A stretch of DNA of 64,000 bases, taken from assembly GCA_051362555.1 (NCBI GenBank), contig CM120648.1, positions 5,576,587 to 5,640,586 of the forward strand, in the 5' to 3' direction. This DNA comes from Lingula anatina. Taxonomy: Eukaryota > Animalia > Brachiopoda. Made by a program: the position numbers and the translations under genes. Of the stretch, positions 56,848 through 64,000 are shown piece after piece. Position 1 is the first letter of the stretch; each line of letters starts with the position of its first letter. A model generated the notes under the pieces. The model made no database searches, was not told the origin of the DNA, and saw only the letters and a list, made by a program, of their open reading frames with translations.

Positions 56848-59336
56848 ATGGACATCCTGGTCAAGCCAGGCAGTCATGTCCAGTGGGACTGGTACAAGAG
56901 TCACGAGGGACGAGAGGTCATTATGTCCATTATGCACAGGAATCTTCATCAACGAAAAGTCTTCGGTGAGAGTGACATTTTTTTTTGTAAATTTTGTTGC
57001 AGCCATACTAGTAGTTCTTGTCAACTGAATTGAGTTCATTTAGTAATTTTAACTGGTTTTGGATGTTTTATTATAAAGATTTACTGTCATACCAATTAAT
57101 AATGTCAGATTTTTCATATTCTAGACTGTGCTAATTATATAATATTTCACAGTCATGCTGAAATACTACATGCAGTTTGCCTCCTTTTCTATCTCAAGAT
57201 TAAACCTTGTTTAAAAAAAATACTGGTACAATATAAGACCCTATGTATTTTATGCTAATGATATAATATTCCACACTCACAATTGGCATTGTTTTCTGAC
57301 AGGGCTGCTGGAAAGACCCAGTTTTCCCCCACATTTGGCTCCGGAGGAGTACAGGTTTAAGATATTCGTGTGTGGAAAGAGTGGCGTTGGTAAAACAAGC
57401 ACCATTTCTAAGCTGTCAGGGAATGAAGTGCCTTCCATACACAGCGAAACACCAGGTATAAGTACTGGTAGATATAGGTCTAGGATGTTAGCTGCTGGTC
57501 ATAGAGAGTAGACCAGTACATTTGACATAGTGGAATTATTTTGCAGTTATTTAGAGGTTGTTTTCAAGTCTGTTATCTGTACATTTCATGCTTGGGCTTG
57601 TTACTTTTGGTCCTTTCAAATTGTACATGTATATATATCAGGCCTGTAGGTAGAATGGTTTCAAGGCGGTTGAAAGAACTCCCTTTATGTGTTTGGAGAA
57701 AACATCTGCTGCGAATCAAGTTTGATTAAGAAATTCTAAACCAGTCAAGGGGGGTTAAAAAAAGATAAACTTTTGCAGAAAATAAGAATATATGCCTGTG
57801 CTCAGTACACATTCATGTATATCATTTCTATAAAATGCCACATCTTCCCACTGTTTACTATATACTACGTAGTACTGTTTAATATAAAATGTCACATTTT
57901 CCCCCCAGGTATCCAGACTACAGAAGTATACTGGCCAGTGAAGATCTTACATGAGGACAAAGTGGTCATGTTTCAGCTCCAGTTCTGGGACGCAGGAGAA
58001 AATGCCCTCAAGAAGTTTGACCATGTTTTACCAGTAAGTCCATCATGCACTAGCATAACAAGGGATTTAATGAAAGTTTGATCATGTTTTACCTGTAAGT
58101 GCAGCAATGCACGGGCATTATGAGAGATTTAATAAAAGTTGGATGATTGTTAAATAGAAATATGAAATATGGGTTTTTAAACAAAATTTATACTGGAACT
58201 TGTTCAGATAGATAAAGAAAGTAGGGAATGCATAATGAGTAATGATAATGTGTTTAATTTGACCACATTGAAGGGAAGTAGTCAAGCTCTGGATTTTAAT
58301 ATCCATGCTTGAATTTGTGGTAGTAATTCACAAAATTGATTGCAATTTTTAACATAATTTAAGTTGATAAAATGTGGACTAAGAAATAATTTCCTTTATA
58401 GGCCTGCAAGGACCAAGCAGATGCTGTGATGTTTGTCTTCAGTTTTGTGGACAAGTCTGGATTTGAGGATCTTCCGCAGCAGATGTCAAGGGTTATAGAG
58501 CCCCAAGACAACGTTTGTAGATTTATAATGGGAACTAAGTATCCTTTGTAATGATATCGTCTGCTGTGGTTATCGCACTCGACTCTGTAAAGGGAAAGCT
58601 ACCAAAAAGCATGAGAGTTTTTATACATCACACAGGGCCTAGTTTACTTGGTGAACACTAGATGGCACTTGTGTCCTGCTCGGCCCCTTTTTATACATAT
58701 AATTTTAATATATCATATATTTTTTTTGTGGTTAGAAGTTGTTGTGATTTTGTAGTAAACTTAAATATTCATTTGTTTTATACTAGTTCTTGGATCAAGT
58801 ATGGATTCCCACCTCTCACACGCACTGTCCCTGCTGGGGCAGAGGAATTAAATCTTGGCATGCTTTGAAGTGGATCATGGCACTAGTTTGTCCACAGTTT
58901 GTCCACAACTGGTTGTGAATGTGACCTAACTTTGTTTGAATATGTTCCATTTTCTTTCTAATCCAGTAGGATGAAGCTGTTGTAATAAGTGACATGTGCA
59001 GGTAAATTATTTTCTTCTGATCTGATCATTTACAGATCTATTATTTATTTATTTATTTATATAAAATTATTTATTTATAAAAAAATTGATTTCCTTAACC
59101 CCTGTCTCAGATATGACCTCCACGCACACAGCGAGATCACGCAGAGGGACATACGAGACTTTGAACAACAATGGAGGACGCCAGTGCTCCGCATTAAAAA
59201 CATCACAGACTATAGGCAGACTGAACTCAGGGGCGACCTTAACGAGGTAGCACCAATACTTAACACGATATGTGAACACTTGTGGCACAGGGAACAAATA
59301 CTACAAGGACGATACAGTATACCTGTAGAAGTTTGA
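56848..59336 (+). CDS. CPLANE2: Ciliogenesis and planar polarity effector 2 (RSG1, atypical Rab-like small GTPase)
   Basis: Exons at about 56848-56966, 57303-57455, 57909-58033, 58402-58538 and 59111-59336. They give RKVFGLLERP, FKIFVCGKSGVGKT, HSETPGIQTTEVYWPVK, LQFWDAGENALKKFDHVLPACK, MGTKYD and LNTICEHLWHRE. Confidence 0.92.
58539..59110 (+). other. U12-type (minor spliceosome) GT-AG intron
   Basis: 5' site GTATCCTTT at 58539; branch site TTCCTTAAC at 59091-59099, 11 nt before the intron end; splicing restores GTK/YD. Confidence 0.9.
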
Positions 59337-60027
59337 GGGAGGTTTTCAGTGTGCGAGAAAGGACTGAGCCTCAGAAACATTCGTTTTTTAGTTCTCTTTA
59401 TGCTGTTCAAGAATTTGTTTTTTTTTTTAAGGTCAGTTCTTATTCTCAGCATTTACTACTGGTGGATTTTTAGTCTACGAGATAAGCAATACATTTAGAT
59501 GATATAATTGTGCTTGTATGATCTGCAAAACTTTTTATTCTCTTCGTCATTAGCGCGTTTGGCATTTTGTGACATCTGATTTCCGAGAAATACCAATCTC
59601 CATAACTTGAGATTATAAAAGTTAAGGTGCTTGAGAACAATCTGGTGTCGTCTGACCAGACCCGCACCATCAAATTAATTAAGACGCATTTGTCAGCAGG
59701 CACAGAAGAGAGAGAGAGACAGGAGAGAGAAAGAAAGAATGAGATAATGAATGAGACAGAAAGGAGAGGTGAGAGAGAGGGAAAGAGCGTGTGTGTGCGT
59801 GTATGAGAGAGAGAGGGGGAAGTGAGTGTGCTGAAACGTGCTCCGCCCCTCAAAGATGGTTGCAGCTAAGATTTTCCATACGATGCAAAAGCAAACACTT
59901 GAACAGCTCTTAGTCGACTTTTTCTACAATTTTATTGCTGCGGAAAGTTGATTTTGATCAAAAATCTCAACATGACGGTCTCCTGACAGGACATTACTTC
60001 TGTGTTTAAGTCACGTGGTTGGATCAG

Positions 60028-61181
60028 CTATTCGACTTTCTCTACAAATAAATGGTAAATGATGTAGAACTACATGAATAAAGTTTTTTTCAATCAACGT
60101 CTATTAACGCTACATACACTGTAGTTTTAAACAGGTGGGAATTATGGACCATATGGTAGTGTAAAATCCAAAGGGGTAAATGATAACCCAAGTGAAATTA
60201 GTTTTTTAATGGATCCAGTGGTACTGGTAGTGGAAACTTCTATTTCACTTCAATAAAACAACTATGTTTTCCCTCACATTGTAGACGGAATGAGTTGAGA
60301 TGGTGGTAAACTGGAGGGTAGTGGATAGGTGAGATGATGGAACTTTTTAAATTGAAAAACACTATTCAGTAACAAGTAAGAGGAACATAATCAAATAGGC
60401 ATGTTCATCAGCAAAACGCGACATAATGAGTTTTCTTACCGGTGTCGTCCGAGTTCGGAAAGTCGGCTGTGTCTTCAAATTCGTCCGAGTCGGATGTTAT
60501 TTCTCTCTCCATCTCTGCAATCTCTTCATCGGATAGAGTATCTGGCTGATCCTAGTGTTAAATAAAAAATCAAATCAAGTGCTAAAATTAAGAAAACAAC
60601 AAACAGATGAAATAGGAAGAAAAACCAATGTGGAGTTTGCCAATGAGCCACTTTTGGGGGGAAAATAATCTACTTCTCTTATAAATGTGTCAATGTGAAT
60701 TTTAATCCTGGTGTGTTCTACAAAATAGCAATCACACCAGTGCCAATGTCTCTCCTGAACTTACCCGGCTGAACAAAACCTCTGCTGCCCTCACAATTGC
60801 ATTCGTGAAGCCCTGCTCATTACGGGGACCGTGAGCAACGTAGAAATCGAATGCTTTGTTGCACAAGTTGGCCACATCGGAAGCATGCACATCGGGCTCC
60901 TGTTCACGCACTGCTTTTGTGCACTCTGGCACGAAAACCCCTCTGTTAGCGAGCATTTCCCATTGACTGGGCGGTTTTCTCATTGTTAATCTCTTAAGGG
61001 CATGCTTGATCCTGTTAAAGCGTATTCGAAGGCGAATTCGGGGTAGCCTGACGGGTGGTAACCGGATGCGTGGTATTCGGATGCGTACGCGAAATCGGAA
61101 TCTTCTTCTAAAAGCATCCGCCTCATGGACGTAATATACTGCAAAGGCGACGGCCAGTAGACATAAAATCGTGAACTTCAT
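60028..61181 (-). CDS. Unknown secreted prepro-protein, about 180 aa; candidate Arg/Pro-rich antimicrobial peptide precursor
   Basis: Exons 61181-60765 (donor CGG|GTAAGT), 60551-60440 (donor CCG|GTAAGA) and 60041-60028 splice in frame. The product is signal MKFTILCLLAVAFAVYYVHEADA, FRRRFRFRVRIRIPRIRLPPVRLPRIRLRIRFNRIKHALKR, a 75-aa 2-Cys domain, and acidic DQPD...DDTEKVE*. An acceptor lies just upstream of the ATG. Confidence 0.8.
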
Positions 61182-62091
61182 CGCAGAGCTGCTCTGAAAG
61201 ATAAAGTAATAATGTTTTTGGCGCTCTTTTTTTAAAATTAATACACGTGTGCTTGCGCGTGCGAGTTTGACGTTTGTTCGAGAAGGACTGTGTTCACGTG
61301 TATGTGCGTGCGTGTTTGTGCGCGGGCTTTTGCAGACATGAGTGGAAGGGCTGTCCTGTACCGCACCAGTTTGTCCAGTGTAACGTACGTGACAGAGACT
61401 CCCCCATGAAAGAGAGTCCGCTTTCTCTTCATTTGTATAGGTAAGCCTCTCCCTAGATTTTGACACACTTTAGGTACAGGCTAACCCTAACCATTATAAC
61501 TATATGGAGGGCGGACTATCTGTTACACAGACCCTCAGTTTCGTCACACCTGTTCTAAATGCAGGATTTTTACTCCCTTTCACAATTAATATTCTATTCA
61601 ATATTAATCTAGTTTTAACTGGTCGCGTCGAGTGTAGGTGACTCTCTGAGGTCATAGAAAGCATATAAGCTTGGTCAGTCTCTCAAACTGGAGCGCTACA
61701 GAAAGCTGCACTGTTCAATAACATAAGACCAGAAGGTCATTGAAGTGTGCACTAACTATTCTATTCAGTAAGGTTGAAGTGAAATTTACATGAAAGCATA
61801 TATGTATTAATACACGGGTGCGTGCGCGTGCGAGATTGACGTTTGTTCGAGAAAGATTGTGTATATATATATACAGACCTATGTGAACACATACGTTATA
61901 ACGATGACGTCAACAAACAGACTGTCTAATCTAGGAAATTTCATGTTCTTATACCAGATCTAATAGACTTATCAAAAGTAAAAGAATGAAAAAATAGCTT
62001 ATGACCGAAAGAACTTCTGGTTCGTTTTGGCTAAACCTTTGTCGCAAAACACGGTGATATTAAAAACAAAAGGTCTACCTACTTTACTTAC

Positions 62092-62440
62092 AGTTAACCT
62101 ACAGTTGATCTCGGTCGTTTTTGATATAATCAGCCTCCAATGGTTTTCGACTTCTTCCACTTCTGTCCAGTCCCCCAGTCATGTGCAAATGCAGGGAGTA
62201 GACGGTGCTTAAATACTCGTCTCCAGGATCGAGTTACCTGACACCGCTAGTGACACAAACAGAGCGAGACTGCGACGAGATTTCCATCAAAATTTCAGGA
62301 AATTTGCGCTCCTTTGCTGGGATGGAGTTTCCAGGTATGTCATGATATGGTTAGTAAAATGACGCAATATGATAACTCGGGTCAGAGGAAAATATTTGCT
62401 TCTACGACAGGTTCTGGCAGAAAAACTCGGAATTTCAATG
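62092..62440 (-). promoter_or_regulatory. Probable 5'UTR exon and promoter of the secreted cationic-peptide gene
   Basis: Minus-strand donor ACT|GTAAGT at 62091 and TATA variant TATTTAA at 62209-62215. kB-like motifs at 62277, 62298, 62324 and 62429; TGACGCAAT at 62360. Confidence 0.45.
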
Positions 62441-63123
62441 CGATTTCTGTATTGTGCCTTGGTTTTTAGTGATTATCTATCTAGCCTAAGATTAACAGGC
62501 TGGGTTCATTGAACGATTTAAACGGTGTTTAGTTCAACAGAAAATGATAATTAAAGAAATTGTTCTCAAAGTCAAGGTATAGAAATATTGAGATTGCTTG
62601 CGTGATTTTTCACTTCGTGTATTAGGGGACTGCACGAGGATGGCCAAATTCTTTCTTCGATATACACGTTATACACACGGGCGTCTTGCTAAAACAAATC
62701 AGCTAGGTTTATGCCACGTCAAGCTGCGAAAGAGGAGAGAGAGAATGGGAGAATGAATGGATGAGAGAGAGCGAGAGAGAGAGAGAAGATGAGCGTGCTG
62801 AAACGTACTTCAGGGATGGCCGCAGCTAAGATTTTCCATACGATGCAAAAGCAAACACAACGGCAATGGTAGTGGAACAGTCTGCTTATGAACAGTTTCC
62901 CATTACTATGTCAGGTGACATTCAGTCCCTTTGCTGACCCCAATACTCCAACTAACCCTTACCCATACTTATCATATGGGACCCCGGACTTCTATTAATT
63001 CCTAAGACTACCGTTCCTATTACACCCGACCCTACAGAGTACATGTAAGCTACACCTCAAATTCTTACGTACAAGATACTGATTTTTGGTATTGAATATT
63101 TTACCTTCATTCAGCACAGATTT

Positions 63124-63280
63124 CAGGGGCGGATCCATAGCTATTTTCTGACCGTTTTCCAAATTATCTTTGTTGATCCATTCTTTATTTTTGACCGACT
63201 TCCGACAAAAAGAAATAGATCCCCATCAATGTAAACTTGAAAATCCAAAAGACCCAGAAGACGGCCTCGATCCGCCCTTG
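63124..63280. mobile_element. Short MITE
   Basis: TIRs CAGGGGCGGATC / GATCCGCCCTTG. Confidence 0.5.
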
Positions 63281-64000
63281 TGATTTGTATGCGTGTGACT
63301 TTGTTGGTTTGGTGACAACTTTGGAGATAAAAAAGAATAGATATTCCATGACTATTTTCTTAAATTTCCGTTGCTGATGAAGCGAACGTGAGCTTTGGGG
63401 CGTGAGGTTTGGCCTTCTGACGGTCTCGAGTATACCTTAATCTTAATTATTACAACTTAGGCATTCTTTGAATCCATTGTTTTCAATGTTTATATTTCTT
63501 GATTATCATCTCTCCATGATTCAAGTGAAATGGAGGTCTAGGAAATGTTTGGGTGTCTCCGAGTTTCTTGATACAAAGGATGTCCACGTGTACGATACCC
63601 GCCCATCTTTTCTATCAAAGCCGTGCAATTAGAAGTTTTTATTTGAAATGACATTTTTAATTTAAATATATAGCATCTAATAATTTAATACTTATCACTA
63701 GAAGTCCGCAAAACAGACCCTCTTCGATAAGTGGATATTTTGGTGGACAATGGTATAGGCCTACCACGCTAGACGTTTCAATAACAAGTTTTTTTTTTAT
63801 TCTGGATTGATAATGGGTTAGAAGGTAGATTAGAATGAAATACCTTTTTGTCGAGAAAAAGTAGCAATATTTAAAATAGGTCTCGCGACGAAAAGTTAAT
63901 TTTTTCAGTAAAAAAAGGACCCTTCTCTAAAATTGCTTCACCCCTCTCAACCCCGAGTTAGCAGATAAGGTTATGCCGCCGCCAATTGCATGCAGTATAC

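Noticed and set aside
61195-61466. N-terminal 95 aa of the 244-aa ORF
   Set aside because: Upstream of a clear acceptor and of the signal-peptide ATG at 61181; almost entirely intronic.

Overview
AT-rich, intron-rich animal genomic DNA, probably a lophotrochozoan invertebrate (inferred from gene and repeat content). In order it holds: the 3' half of PIK3R4/VPS15 (+), a Helentron-like tandem-repeat region, and ODAD1/CCDC63 (-) head-to-head with VEPH1/melted (+). A frameshifted TRIM-NHL copy is nested in a VEPH1 intron, and its intact paralogue (-) lies downstream. REV1 (-) follows, with a dead Gypsy fragment and a 935-bp foldback transposon in its introns, head-to-head with CPLANE2/RSG1 (+), which has a U12-type intron. 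Last is an unrecognised secreted-protein gene (-) built as signal peptide, Arg/Pro-rich cationic peptide, 2-Cys domain and acidic tail, which looks like a new antimicrobial-peptide precursor. The other striking signal is that short tandem duplications repeatedly straddle splice junctions in four unrelated genes, most extremely as about 30 copies of one VEPH1 donor site. Gene names come from recognising translated motifs; no searches were run, and coordinates were read by hand.
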